A stretch of 64,000 nt of DNA from an uncultured Bacteroidota bacterium (GCA_963700635.1 CAVOYH010000003.1:32001-96000); one strand, 5' to 3'. Counted from the first letter of the stretch, positions 1 through 10,484 are shown. Translations and numbers: made by a program. The notes: a model not told the origin generated them from the sequence alone.

Positions 1-92
1 GGGGGCGTGTCCTGACAAAAAGCCGGCACAACAGCCGCGGCCCATACCACGAGCCATACCGCGGGGATGAGACGACATAGCCGTGCGTGCAT
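1..92 (-). CDS. 5' end of a secreted protein (runs off the window edge)
   Basis: ATG at 92 after AAGGTGAC; reads MHARLCRLIPAVWLVVWAAAVVPAFCQDTP, a signal-peptide-like sequence; co-oriented with the upstream operon. Confidence 0.6.
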   Translation of the reverse strand, partial: MHARLCRLIPAVWLVVWAAAVVPAFCQDTP

Positions 93-158
93 GTCACCTT
101 CGCTTAATCACACAAGCTGAATGAGGAACGGCCGCGGGCCTGGAGTGCAGCAGCAAAC

Positions 159-1079
159 TCAGAACGACACGCCGATGCCGATACGATGGCTTCCGCCGAG
201 GGTCGTGTAGTTGCTGTACGAGTAGTCTGCCCGCAAGCCGAGTCCCTGCACGTCAAAGGCGGCGCCTGCGCCCGCGGACCATGTTGCGGTGGAATAGTTC
301 AGCCGATATCCGCCCCGAAGAAAGAATGTATTCTGGTAGTTCCATTCTCCTCCCACCTGCCCCTGGGGTTCTCCTTCATTGGGCTTTACGGCAGCAAAAC
401 TGACGAGGAATTTTTGATCATCGCCGTCGATGGCGTTCATGGCCATCCCGAATTGGAAATTTGTCGGGAGTGGATAGGATTCGTTCACGTACTGGATGTT
501 CGATCCGAAGTCCGCAATCTCCAGGGCAAACCTGAATCCGCGAAAATCCGACACATACATCACGGCGATGTCAAGCGAAAACGCATCGGCGCTGAACTCC
601 CGGTACAATTTCAGATTCAGATAGCTGAGCGTGAGACCGAAGGTAACGCGGTCGGTGAGAAACCGTGCATACGATAGGCCAAACCGGTAATTCCCCGCAT
701 AGAATGTCTCTCCCGTTCCCTCCGGCTGCAACGGCGTGCGCACCTTCATTTCATCCGTGTAGAGTGCGGTAACCGACACGCCAAACGCACCGAGATCATC
801 GAAATTCTGCGAGGCAGCGACAAAATCGTGGTTGATGCCGGCAAACCAGGATGTGTGCGTGAACACCACATCCCTGCTGGGTACCCACGGCAATGCCGCA
901 GGGTTGTAATAGGTAGCCTCGGCACCCTGCACGGCGGCCAGGTATGCATCACTCATTCCCGTTCCGCGTGCGCTCACGCCAATCTTGAGGAATTGTGCAT
1001 CCGTACTGCCCGGACGGTTATACTGTCCGTACAGCAGGTGGGGGAGTAGTACCATCAATCCGATCAACATGTGTTTCAT
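159..1079 (-). CDS. PorV/PorQ-family outer-membrane beta-barrel protein
   Basis: Start moved to MKHMLIG (1079); signal peptide then 'AQFLKIGVSARGTGMSDAY...YYNPAAL'; C-terminal 'HRIGIGVSF' barrel signal. Confidence 0.85.
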   Translation of the reverse strand: MKHMLIGLMVLLPHLLYGQYNRPGSTDAQFLKIGVSARGTGMSDAYLAAVQGAEATYYNPAALPWVPSRDVVFTHTSWFAGINHDFVAASQNFDDLGAFGVSVTALYTDEMKVRTPLQPEGTGETFYAGNYRFGLSYARFLTDRVTFGLTLSYLNLKLYREFSADAFSLDIAVMYVSDFRGFRFALEIADFGSNIQYVNESYPLPTNFQFGMAMNAIDGDDQKFLVSFAAVKPNEGEPQGQVGGEWNYQNTFFLRGGYRLNYSTATWSAGAGAAFDVQGLGLRADYSYSNYTTLGGSHRIGIGVSF

Positions 1080-1110
1080 CGTCTTCACCCTCGGTGGCAC
1101 GGAGGCACTC

Positions 1111-2883
1111 TTATTTAATAATAACAAACTTGCCGACCTGGACTTTTGCGTTGTGCATATCTTCAACGGTGAACAGGTAGATCCCGCTCGCAATCGCCTG
1201 GCCGATGGAGGATGTGAGATTCCAGTCTTCGTATCCTCTTGCTGCATCGGTGTGATCAATGGTGGTGACCAGATCACCCGCAAGGGTATAGACTTTAATC
1301 TGACAGTTGGCGGGCAGGTTGATAAACTGGATTCTGCGGTCCTGTTCCATCCACCAGGGCCTGTTTCCCTGCGGACGTTCCCAGGGGGGGTTGTAGGAAT
1401 TGTAGGCGATATCCCCGCGGTAAGGGTTGGGCACCACGGCAACCTCCCCGACAGTTTCCGGAGGCGCGGTTCCCGGGATCACGGTCAATGCGTTGGCCGA
1501 AATACTGGTTTCCTGCGACGGGAAATTGATAACGTTGTCCGGCTTTGAGAAGGCCGTCAAACCATAATAGTATTCCACATTGTTGAGAAGCCCGCCGTCT
1601 TTGTACGTGTACTGCAGGCCGGTATTATGCCCCTCCTGGTTGATCAGATCATATTCCGCCAGAAGGGTCCACGGCCCATCGGGGCCCTTGGTGCTCTTGT
1701 ACAGCCGGTATCCTTCGAAGGGGTGTGTGATCGTATCCCCCCGGTTCGGATCGCTGTAGAGTTCCGGATTCACTCTGCCCGGAAGCGGGGTCCAGTCGAG
1801 GGAGACTTCATGATTCGCCGTGGTTATCCTCACGGATGGACGTGGTGGCGGCGACGGGACACGGAAATTTTTGCTTTTCAGGAACTTCAGATACTCTGCG
1901 TTCCTCAGGGCTCCTGCAACGCCATACCCGAACACCTGGGCCATCTCCACCACAATCGTGTCACCCACATTGATCTGGAATGGGCCGAAAGCGAAGATGA
2001 TGTGCGCGCGTGCACGTTCGATACGGTCCGGCATGATCCGTCCGCTTGCCATGTCTTTGTAACAGGCGGGATCTTTGCTCGGCAGCTCTTCGTGTTCGTA
2101 GTAGTTGAAACTCCAGCTGGGTGATGTTGTGGGGGCCATCACGTTGAACCCGATCGGGCTTATCGCCGTCCCGTCCGTCCAACCGGGTGAATCCTCAGCC
2201 ATCGCCATCTTGTAGTCCGGGAACCACCGGGTGTATTCGTCGATGTAATTGTCGCCGGCGGCGATAGTCCCGATAGAACTGTGCATCCAGAAGCCGATGA
2301 AAGCGTCCTTGATCGGGATTTTTTTGGCCACGATGTAGTATTTGTGCAGCAGGAATTCGTTAAGCTGTCCCGAGCTCCAGGAATATGTTGTCTGGATGAT
2401 GTCCAGGTGGAGCGGCGTGTGGTTGTCAATATTCAACACATTATAGTCGCTGTACCGGGAGACAAAGTCCTGATCGGAAACACATTCATACTCTGGCCAG
2501 TAAGGGATGTTGAGGGTGTCTCCCTTTGAACCTGTCCAGATGGAATCCCAGTTGTTCTTTGTGGGATAAAACTCGTGGGGGGAGAAGTGCGCCTCTGACT
2601 GTGAGACAAGCGTATCGCCGGTCGGCGTTATCCCGCCAATCCAGATGCCACCCTGGTAGAGGTGCTCTTCATCGCTGCCGGGCGGAAACTCTGCATTGAT
2701 AAGGCCCGGGTATCGTGTCCGGCCCTTGGAGAAGGTTCCCATATTGGTGATAACCTGTCGGACATTCCCGACCGTGGTCATCCTCCAGTCCAGCTTCGCA
2801 TCGATAAACTGGGAAAACACAAGCGCTTCGGGCACCAACAACAGGATGCACGCCACAGCAAGGGATCGTCTCAACACACTCAT
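1111..2883 (-). CDS. Secreted protein with FN3-like domain and non-canonical T9SS-like CTD (VVPNPY type)
   Basis: Signal peptide; 'EFPPGSDEEHLYQGGIWIGG'; 'FEGYRLYKS'; C-terminus 'VVPNPY...IQFINLP...VYTLAGDLV...ASGIYLF...KFVIIK'. Confidence 0.8.
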   Translation of the reverse strand: MSVLRRSLAVACILLLVPEALVFSQFIDAKLDWRMTTVGNVRQVITNMGTFSKGRTRYPGLINAEFPPGSDEEHLYQGGIWIGGITPTGDTLVSQSEAHFSPHEFYPTKNNWDSIWTGSKGDTLNIPYWPEYECVSDQDFVSRYSDYNVLNIDNHTPLHLDIIQTTYSWSSGQLNEFLLHKYYIVAKKIPIKDAFIGFWMHSSIGTIAAGDNYIDEYTRWFPDYKMAMAEDSPGWTDGTAISPIGFNVMAPTTSPSWSFNYYEHEELPSKDPACYKDMASGRIMPDRIERARAHIIFAFGPFQINVGDTIVVEMAQVFGYGVAGALRNAEYLKFLKSKNFRVPSPPPRPSVRITTANHEVSLDWTPLPGRVNPELYSDPNRGDTITHPFEGYRLYKSTKGPDGPWTLLAEYDLINQEGHNTGLQYTYKDGGLLNNVEYYYGLTAFSKPDNVINFPSQETSISANALTVIPGTAPPETVGEVAVVPNPYRGDIAYNSYNPPWERPQGNRPWWMEQDRRIQFINLPANCQIKVYTLAGDLVTTIDHTDAARGYEDWNLTSSIGQAIASGIYLFTVEDMHNAKVQVGKFVIIK

Positions 2884-2911
2884 AGCATCGCTCTCACGGC
2901 TGTGATCAGAG

Positions 2912-5704
2912 TTAAAAATCGATTCTGAGGCCCAGTTTCGTCGTTCGTCCAGTGGAGAAGATACGCGGATCCCGGAGACTCAACATAGTATAATAGTCGT
3001 ACAGATTGTTTTGCGGCTTCTCTATGTCGCCGTATTTGTACGGTTCTCCGGTCCACGTGTTGAAACCGAGGTCCGATCGCACGGTTTGTACGTTCCGTTG
3101 ATCGAACAGATTAAACACATCAAAGGTCACTGCCAGGCGGATACCGCCCACCGTAAAGCCCTTTTCAAATTTCAGATCAGTACTGCTCGTGAACGGTCCG
3201 TAGGCTGTATTCTCCTGCTTCTGGGATTCCACCGGATTCAGTGAGGCCTGCCCCGGTGTGTACGGCGTCCCGCCCGAGAACCGGTAGAGCAACGTGAGGT
3301 TCCAGTCATCGGAAAGCTCAAGCCCAAAGACATTCGGGTGCTGTCCCTTTCCTGCTGCCAGCGTCGCCTGTACGATAATCTGATGGCGGACATCCCACTC
3401 CAGCGCGCGTTCGCGAATCGGGTAGGGGAAGTTGTTCGTGGAACGGACATAGTCGTCAAAAGCCGACGAAGAGTAACCGTTCGCCCACTGGATGGTGTAT
3501 GTCGCCCTCCCCCCGATGTAATCCGAGGGGTTCTTGACTATCTCGAACTCCAGTCCCCTTGTTCGCCCGTATCCCTTGTTATCGTACAGATCGATCGGGG
3601 TCCCCTGCGTGCTGTACACACGCGTGGTCCCGATCTGCTTCGAAATATCTTTTCCGTAATTTTTTATATCGATCGCCCAGTAGTCGGTCAACTGGTGTGT
3701 GAACCCGAACTCGTACAGGATTGTCTGTTCGTAATCCAACCCGGGGTTGCCGGTAAATCCGCTGCTGTACGGATCCCGGTAGTAATACTGCAGCTCGGGT
3801 AACTGGTTAAAGTGTCCGTATGAGAAGAACACAACCGTGTTTTCGGATATGGGAAACGACACACCGAACCGCGGACTGATTTTGAAGATGGACTGGTTCC
3901 AGCTCGGTTTGAGTCCCGTTGCCCGTTCCCACGTTGCCATCCACTCCTGTTGCATGACACTCTTGCCGAGATTGAAGTAATCGACCCTGACCCCCGCATT
4001 GATGACGAGGTACTCCAGTTCAAACTTATCCTGAAAGTACACCGAGGCAATGATCGGTTTGACGTCAAAGACCCACCGGTTCTGGCCAAACAGCGGGAAG
4101 GGCCCGGGCGGCGGTATGGAATCAATCCCCTGTCCGTACCGCGACAACTTGGCGCCCCCATCCTGAATGTCGATGTAGCTGATGGTGTTGAACGAACCTT
4201 CGATCCCGACCTTGATGAGGTGGGCGGGATGGACCTGGGAAGTAAGGTCCCCTTTGAACGTGTATGTCTTGGTGTGATCATCCCGCCAGATCGATTCCAC
4301 TCCCTGGGCGTCAAAGAAACCGGTACTCGGGTTGATGATTGGTGATGTGTAGAACGAAATGTAGCGTCCGGAAGTATCCTGCCGCCAGAACTCCGGAGGA
4401 GTCCGGCCGCCGAGAGAGCCTCTGTACTGCACATCCAGATAGCCTGCCATCAACGTGTAGTACGTGGACTTGGAAAGCACATTGCTGAACGATGCGTTGA
4501 GGGTGTAGTTGTTCCGACGATAGTCTGCAGTATTGTCCGGATTGTATTTCCACAGATAGGAGAACGAACTCCACTGTTTTTTGGATCCATGATAGCTCAG
4601 TGCAAGTTTGTGTTCCCCGCTGATATCCCAGTTCAGTTTGGCATTCAGATTCGTGGAATTGTCCTGCCGTTCGCGGATATTCCACGCGAACATCTCAAAA
4701 TCACGTCGTGACCGTTTGTTGTCGTAGGGCGTGTTTGTCAGCGTGGTGTTGCCGGAGAGAAAAAACGTCAGACCTTTGAACGGGTGTACGCCGAGAGCGG
4801 GCAACAGGGTCTGCGTGATGGGTTCCGGCCCACCGATGTAAAACGAACCGTAGTCGGTGGTGTAGGATTCACCAAAGACCCCCGCCTGGTCGGTTTTGAA
4901 TTCAATCCCTCCCTTGAATGAGTCGCCACCGCTTTTTGTAATAATATTCACAACCCCGGATTGCGCCTGACCGTACTCGGCGTTAAATGCGCCGGTGAGG
5001 AGTTCCACGCTCTCCACATCAACAAGATTCAGGTCCATGACACTGCGCCCGCCGTAAATCGGATGTGTCACCGGCATACCGTCAACCATATACAGGATTT
5101 CGCCGCCCCGGCCGCCGCGGATATGTACATCTTGGAGACTTTCATCCCGAACCTGCAGCTGTGTCCCGTCGGCAAGCCGGAGAGTCGGAGGCGCGGCGGT
5201 TAATACCGTACCCCCCTGAAGCTTGAAAATGTCGGTCGTCGCATCCAGGCCCGGTGTTTCGCGGATGGTGCTCTGCGAGACCGTGCGCCGGGTCGAGGTG
5301 ACATCTTTCTGCACCATTTTCTGCTCGGCCAGAACGGTCACGCCTTCAACTTCAATGGCGGATTGCTCCAGCTTTACGTGGAGTTCGGCCGTAAGATCCA
5401 CCTGGACGCGCACACCCTTAAATGTGATCCCCTGGTAACCCACGCTTGTAACCTGCAGATCGTGCACACCGGGGGGTACGCGGAGGATATAGAAGTGCCC
5501 TTCGATGTCGGTGGATGCGCCGAGTGCGGTCCCCTTCACCGCCACATTTGCGCCGACGAGCGCTTCGCCGGTACCTTTGTCTTTCACCGTTCCTGCTATC
5601 TTCCCCAAGTTTTGCGGAAATGCCGAGGGAACTATCAGCAGGACGGCAAGCACGACGGCCACCGGGTGAACAGAGAACAACCATTGAAGGGGGCGCCACA
5701 TCAT
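2912..5704 (-). CDS. TonB-dependent receptor with N-terminal carboxypeptidase-regulatory-like domain
   Basis: AAGGAG RBS before ATG 5704; 'GKIAGTVKDKGTGEALVGANV'; plug motifs 'HIRGGRGGE' and 'GAFNAEYGQAQSGVVNIITKSG'; terminal 'LGLRIDF'. Confidence 0.92.
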   Translation of the reverse strand: MMWRPLQWLFSVHPVAVVLAVLLIVPSAFPQNLGKIAGTVKDKGTGEALVGANVAVKGTALGASTDIEGHFYILRVPPGVHDLQVTSVGYQGITFKGVRVQVDLTAELHVKLEQSAIEVEGVTVLAEQKMVQKDVTSTRRTVSQSTIRETPGLDATTDIFKLQGGTVLTAAPPTLRLADGTQLQVRDESLQDVHIRGGRGGEILYMVDGMPVTHPIYGGRSVMDLNLVDVESVELLTGAFNAEYGQAQSGVVNIITKSGGDSFKGGIEFKTDQAGVFGESYTTDYGSFYIGGPEPITQTLLPALGVHPFKGLTFFLSGNTTLTNTPYDNKRSRRDFEMFAWNIRERQDNSTNLNAKLNWDISGEHKLALSYHGSKKQWSSFSYLWKYNPDNTADYRRNNYTLNASFSNVLSKSTYYTLMAGYLDVQYRGSLGGRTPPEFWRQDTSGRYISFYTSPIINPSTGFFDAQGVESIWRDDHTKTYTFKGDLTSQVHPAHLIKVGIEGSFNTISYIDIQDGGAKLSRYGQGIDSIPPPGPFPLFGQNRWVFDVKPIIASVYFQDKFELEYLVINAGVRVDYFNLGKSVMQQEWMATWERATGLKPSWNQSIFKISPRFGVSFPISENTVVFFSYGHFNQLPELQYYYRDPYSSGFTGNPGLDYEQTILYEFGFTHQLTDYWAIDIKNYGKDISKQIGTTRVYSTQGTPIDLYDNKGYGRTRGLEFEIVKNPSDYIGGRATYTIQWANGYSSSAFDDYVRSTNNFPYPIRERALEWDVRHQIIVQATLAAGKGQHPNVFGLELSDDWNLTLLYRFSGGTPYTPGQASLNPVESQKQENTAYGPFTSSTDLKFEKGFTVGGIRLAVTFDVFNLFDQRNVQTVRSDLGFNTWTGEPYKYGDIEKPQNNLYDYYTMLSLRDPRIFSTGRTTKLGLRIDF

Positions 5705-5714
5705 CGCAATCTCC

Positions 5715-7199
5715 TTACTGTACATGCAAACTCCGGAGAATTTCCTGTGCCATCACCTGAGCATCCTGTTTCTTAATGAAGTACATCGGGAATCCAAGCA
5801 CCACGGCGTCAAAGACGGTTCCATAATATCGTAACGCAACGGCCCTGCCGCGATAGGTAACATTCGGACTGGAAAGGTCGTTTTCGTATGAATACAGGAT
5901 GTCGGTAAACCCGGCCATCGTGGTGATAAGATTCACCTGTGACAGTTTGCCGTCGTACGGGAAATTTGCAAGGCGGGCAGAATCCACCTGGATACTCGAA
6001 AACGACCCGGTCTTCCCTTTTGCTCCCGTCATATCACCGAGAATGTCGGTCTCTGTCACACCCCTGATGTGCAGATAATCATACACAAATGTACCCGGGG
6101 TGAACGAGAACGGGAAGTTGTTGTAGTATGCAAACGACTTCAGGATACGCCAGCCTCCCATCAAAAACTTCCCGCCGACCTTCAGGTAATCCGTAAATAC
6201 TTCTATGTTCGCCGGGTCGGAGATCTTGTGCGGCCTGCTCGCCGGCACGTCGTCGGCGTGCCAGACGATGAGCTTGTACTCGGCCAGGATCTCCCGCGGC
6301 GGCATTCCCCGGGTTTTAAAATCCCATTCCGTGGCTCCCGGGAAAACATCTGCGTAAAACTTGTCCACCACGCTGTCGGGAATACCCCAGGTGATAAACG
6401 GATTGTTAAACTCGTCCGTCTCATCGATGATGATCACGTTCTTGCTGAAGGAAGGGATCAACAGGGTGACCGACACGGAATCGCCGACAGGGTCGAGAAG
6501 ATTCGTATTGTTGCGTGAGGTGACCTTCAGTTTGTGGCGTCCGTTCAGGGAACCGGGAATCTTGTCCGGCGTGATGAAGATGGACGTGTCTGTCTGCCAT
6601 GTCCAGGGGCCGTCATCTACTGACCATGCATAATCCACAATTTTCCCACGGCCGGTGGGATCGGTGCCCTTGAATACCAGCAGGACTCCCTGCCACCAGT
6701 CGGTCACCTGCGGACTCACCAGAAGGGTTCCGTTGTTCGAGGGATAGAGTATCTTCGTAATCGGCGGACTGGTGCGCAATGTATACAGGATCCGCTCGGC
6801 CGGGGTCGGGTCCGGGTTCCCTGCATTGTCGATCGCCCGTACAAGAAACCGCTGCATGTTCAGCGCTTGAGTCGAATTAAAGGCAATGACCGCACCTGTC
6901 CCCGTGGTATCATGCCATGCCGTCGAGTCGTACAACTCCCAGAACGTTGAAGAACCGGGCGCAAGATGATACGTGAAATACCGGTACTGGTACCCCGCCA
7001 CATATCCGTCATTGTCACCACCGGTCCAACTCAGACTGACCAGCGCAAAGACGGTGTCTTGCTCCTTCGGCACATTGGCGAGCCGGGTATCGGGCGGACC
7101 GTCAGGATTCTCCGGAGCTACCGGACGCTCGCAGGAGAGCCAGAGAGGAACACAGGCTGCAGCAAGCAGCATAAGTGAAACCGCGGACCATCGTCTCAT
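5715..7199 (-). CDS. Putative lipoprotein with Ig/FN3-like repeats, unknown function
   Basis: Lipobox-like 'WLSC'; 'PPDTRL' and 'FLVRAIDNAGNPDPTPA' segments; tightly coupled to the TBDR gene. Confidence 0.7.
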   Translation of the reverse strand: MRRWSAVSLMLLAAACVPLWLSCERPVAPENPDGPPDTRLANVPKEQDTVFALVSLSWTGGDNDGYVAGYQYRYFTYHLAPGSSTFWELYDSTAWHDTTGTGAVIAFNSTQALNMQRFLVRAIDNAGNPDPTPAERILYTLRTSPPITKILYPSNNGTLLVSPQVTDWWQGVLLVFKGTDPTGRGKIVDYAWSVDDGPWTWQTDTSIFITPDKIPGSLNGRHKLKVTSRNNTNLLDPVGDSVSVTLLIPSFSKNVIIIDETDEFNNPFITWGIPDSVVDKFYADVFPGATEWDFKTRGMPPREILAEYKLIVWHADDVPASRPHKISDPANIEVFTDYLKVGGKFLMGGWRILKSFAYYNNFPFSFTPGTFVYDYLHIRGVTETDILGDMTGAKGKTGSFSSIQVDSARLANFPYDGKLSQVNLITTMAGFTDILYSYENDLSSPNVTYRGRAVALRYYGTVFDAVVLGFPMYFIKKQDAQVMAQEILRSLHVQ

Positions 7200-7256
7200 A
7201 GGACACCTACCATCTCTTCAATACTCCGGCCTGTTCTGTTTCGTACTAACCATGTG

Positions 7257-7916
7257 CTAGCGCGTTGTCACACGTGTAACGACCACTTTACGTTCGAACA
7301 AAAACTGATCCCGGTACCGTCGCAGGGACTCGTAAGGCCGAATTTCCAGCTGGACCTCGGTCACACCCTGTTCGTTCACGGTGAACGACGCGGGAAATTC
7401 CATATTCGGGGCGACACCCGGAGGGAGACTGACGGGATTGAGGTAATGTTTGGGGACAAAAATCTCCATTTCCGAAGCGGTGATGCTGAGGGATATCTTT
7501 GTGTAGTTCCCCGGGGGGACGTATGAATCAAAGATCACATGCTGGCGGAACCGGCTGTTTGCCGCCGTGATTACGGTGGTATCCTGGATCGTAATCGGAA
7601 TGCCGTTCAGCCATTCCCGTCCCAGAATATTGACAGTATCGCTCCCTTTGCGTTCGCTGGTGACGTTGTTATAGATATATGCGGAGGCATCGCTGCCCTG
7701 ATAGGCGCGTCCCTGGGCCACAATAACGTCAAACTTGTCCCATCGCGAAAACCGCGACGTATCACTCTGAATGATGATCGTCGTATCGCTGTCTGCACCC
7801 TTCAGCGTTATGCGCAGGACACCGGGTTCGGGGGATGGCTCCACGTTGGTCCTGCACCCCTGCACAGACCAGAGGAGAGAGCACACCGCAAGCAACAGAG
7901 TTACACTCTTCCGCAT
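7257..7916 (-). CDS. Putative lipoprotein (DUF4382-like beta-sandwich)
   Basis: Start moved to MRKSVTLLLAVCSLLWSVQGC (lipobox VQGC); 'VPPGNYTKISL' motif. Confidence 0.65.
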   Translation of the reverse strand: MRKSVTLLLAVCSLLWSVQGCRTNVEPSPEPGVLRITLKGADSDTTIIIQSDTSRFSRWDKFDVIVAQGRAYQGSDASAYIYNNVTSERKGSDTVNILGREWLNGIPITIQDTTVITAANSRFRQHVIFDSYVPPGNYTKISLSITASEMEIFVPKHYLNPVSLPPGVAPNMEFPASFTVNEQGVTEVQLEIRPYESLRRYRDQFLFERKVVVTRVTTR

Positions 7917-8104
7917 ACACGCCTCGTTTCCTTCATGAACACCTTCTGAGTACAGGGAGTAGGCAGTAGGCAGAATATCTCCCGGAGGGCCTGAGCGCCC
8001 GTTTCCGTACACACGTTCTGCCTACTGCATACTTCGTACAGCACCTGCACTCCATCTACTCCCGACATCACATCTGCTCCAGCCCGCACTGCGGGCCGTA
8101 CTGA

Positions 8105-10243
8105 TTACCGCATCAACATCATCTTCATGGTCTTTTCATACTGACCGGCAGTCAGACGGGCAAAGTACACACCGCTGGCCACACCGAAGCCCGTGTCGCT
8201 GTTTCCTTCCCACCGGACAAAATGCTGTCCGGCATGGAGGTTTTCGTTCATGAGCGTCTTCACCTTACGACCCAGCAGGTCATAGACCACAAGCTGGGTT
8301 TGCAGGGCGGATGGGATCGTGAATGAAATCTGCGTGCTCGGGTTGAAAGGATTCGGATAGTTCTGCTTCAATTCGAACGTCCACGGGGAGTTCGGATCAA
8401 TCGGGCCTGATACGTCGGTAATACCAGCCTTGGCGTAGTTATAGAGCTGGACGTTATCCAGGTGCCCGCGGAACGGCGGGATGTACCACCAGTTGGATGG
8501 ATCCGTATAGGCACGCCCGATGCGCATCGTTGCCGGACCGACCGAACCGCCCATGATGGGAGGAACCGGAGCATCCGTTACCTGGAGATACTTCAACACG
8601 TCATTGGAGTCGCGCACCGAGAGAGCGACCTTTCCTGCCACAGAGCTCCGCTCGTACACTACGTGATACCATTGTCCAAATTGCGTGGCATTGGTATCCT
8701 GCAGGGCGATCATAGAGAGGTTATCTGCGCGGGAATATCTTCCCGTGATTGCGATCCGTCCCTGCGCGTTATTCCGGAAGCTGACTTCAAAGTTGTTGTT
8801 GTTCCAGTCTGCTTCGGTTTGCGCGTAGTTGATGATCCGTGATGCATGCTGTGTCGTGTCGGCACGCAGCCAGAAATCCAGACAGAACTCTTCTGCTGCA
8901 AGGAACGGCGAGGCTGCTTCCACCCAGCCGGAATCAATATCCGGCCGCGGATAGAACAGATACAGCGAGGCGTTTCCCTGTTTGCGGATAGTAGAATACG
9001 TCGGGATTCTTTTTGCCGTGATCACCGAATTGTTCGGTGAGTGGTCTATCGGCATGTTTCCCGTACCTTCTTCGAATGTCAGCCACAACGTCTGGGAATT
9101 CGGCTCGAAGATATAGAATGTATAGTACTGCGGATTCGATGGCTTTTCGGCAGTCAACGGGACCACCGAGCGCATGCCGTTGTTGTCCATTGCGGTGACA
9201 AAATACTTGATTTGCGAGCCGGACGGACGGGCGGGGATTGTCCCGGAGAAGTCGACCCCTGCTCCGGTCATGGTCAGGCTGTCCCACTGTGTGGTATAGT
9301 AATGCAGCTTTGCACTGGTGATTGTCCCACCCAGGTTAAACGGCTGGATCTTTGCATTGACCGTGTATCCCGTGGCTGTCGCTGGTTGATTTGCGAGCCG
9401 GGTCACGTTGGTGATAAGGGGCGGACCGGCAAAATTCCGGACCACCTTGCTGATCCGGATTTCATCCAGGAATCCATCCAGCCAGGAGTCGCCACTCGGA
9501 GAGGCATTCACTTTCGCGCCGGCCCATCCGATGTGAATCGGATTAATATTGGTCTTGGGGATGTCGCCCGGATTGAAGCCGGCGGCTGTAAACGAAAGAA
9601 GGTTCTTGTTTACATCGTGCACCATCTGTGCGATGATGCCGCGGGAGGCATCGCGGATGAACGTAAGGTGGACCCATTGCCCAGGAGCGAACATGTTGTT
9701 TTCGGAGCTGACGCTGACAAACGCATCGTTCTCGGCATAGTAGCCGGCATGGAAGAGGCGGTTGTCGCCCCACATTTCCAGCCAGTAGTTCGGATGCCAG
9801 AACACATCGACACCGGGTTTCATCACGACACGTGGCACCCAGCGATAGTCATTGGAGGCATCGCCGAATGTAAAGATATTTGCCCACGCCTCAATGGTCC
9901 ACGACCCCTGCATATCAAACGCAGCCGTGTCGGCAACGGTAAGATACGTCGAGTCCGTGATTGCTCCGTTGTCCAGACGTACACACTGACCCATACCGGC
10001 GACACCGGTATTGTTCAGGAAGTAGATCTTTGACGGGCTGGTGGTATTGCGGACGGCGGCGGTGTCGGTCTTGCCGAGTGCAGCCGCAGCATTTGCCATG
10101 TTACCATCGAAATGGAGAAGCAGGACAGTATTGGAATCAGCGGTATAGGGCCCGCCAATCGCCTCGAGAGCCTGCGCATGCAGCCCGACCGCAAACACCA
10201 CCGTCAGGATGACGATGGAAAAGAAGTAGAACCGGGATTTCAT
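8105..10243 (-). CDS. Secreted protein with two LamG/ConA-like domains and a T9SS type A CTD
   Basis: AAGGAGG RBS; signal peptide; two repeats 'LLLHFD...DGFLDEIRIS' and 'LWLTFEE...RGHLDNVQLY'; 'LKQNYPNPFNPST...KMMLMR'. Confidence 0.85.
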   Translation of the reverse strand: MKSRFYFFSIVILTVVFAVGLHAQALEAIGGPYTADSNTVLLLHFDGNMANAAAALGKTDTAAVRNTTSPSKIYFLNNTGVAGMGQCVRLDNGAITDSTYLTVADTAAFDMQGSWTIEAWANIFTFGDASNDYRWVPRVVMKPGVDVFWHPNYWLEMWGDNRLFHAGYYAENDAFVSVSSENNMFAPGQWVHLTFIRDASRGIIAQMVHDVNKNLLSFTAAGFNPGDIPKTNINPIHIGWAGAKVNASPSGDSWLDGFLDEIRISKVVRNFAGPPLITNVTRLANQPATATGYTVNAKIQPFNLGGTITSAKLHYYTTQWDSLTMTGAGVDFSGTIPARPSGSQIKYFVTAMDNNGMRSVVPLTAEKPSNPQYYTFYIFEPNSQTLWLTFEEGTGNMPIDHSPNNSVITAKRIPTYSTIRKQGNASLYLFYPRPDIDSGWVEAASPFLAAEEFCLDFWLRADTTQHASRIINYAQTEADWNNNNFEVSFRNNAQGRIAITGRYSRADNLSMIALQDTNATQFGQWYHVVYERSSVAGKVALSVRDSNDVLKYLQVTDAPVPPIMGGSVGPATMRIGRAYTDPSNWWYIPPFRGHLDNVQLYNYAKAGITDVSGPIDPNSPWTFELKQNYPNPFNPSTQISFTIPSALQTQLVVYDLLGRKVKTLMNENLHAGQHFVRWEGNSDTGFGVASGVYFARLTAGQYEKTMKMMLMR

Positions 10244-10401
10244 TGGTTACCCTCCTTGTGATGATGGCATAACGTAAAGCATTAACTGCCGTGTGCGCAA
10301 GAGCCGCACGACCCGAAGGACGGCAGGACAGTAATCATGTGGACGTCGGATCACCTCCCTTCATTGGAAAACACGCATGAGACAATTGTTCGTGTGTTCG
10401 A

Positions 10402-10415
10402 TGTTAGCGCTAACA
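10402..10415. promoter_or_regulatory. LacI-family operator TGTTAGCGCTAACA (copy 1)
   Basis: Perfect 14-bp palindrome with central CG, upstream of the LamG-TBDR operon; identical copy at 14171-14184. Confidence 0.8.
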
Positions 10416-10484
10416 CACCTGACCATACCGCTCGGAGATCAGTCTTCTGTGTCAACATTCTGGATGAATCGGGAGATTGCCTGA

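Noticed and set aside
10037-10044. E. coli Chi site GCTGGTGG in a RecBCD-encoding window
   Set aside because: An isolated octamer inside a CDS is expected by chance, and Chi sequences are lineage-specific
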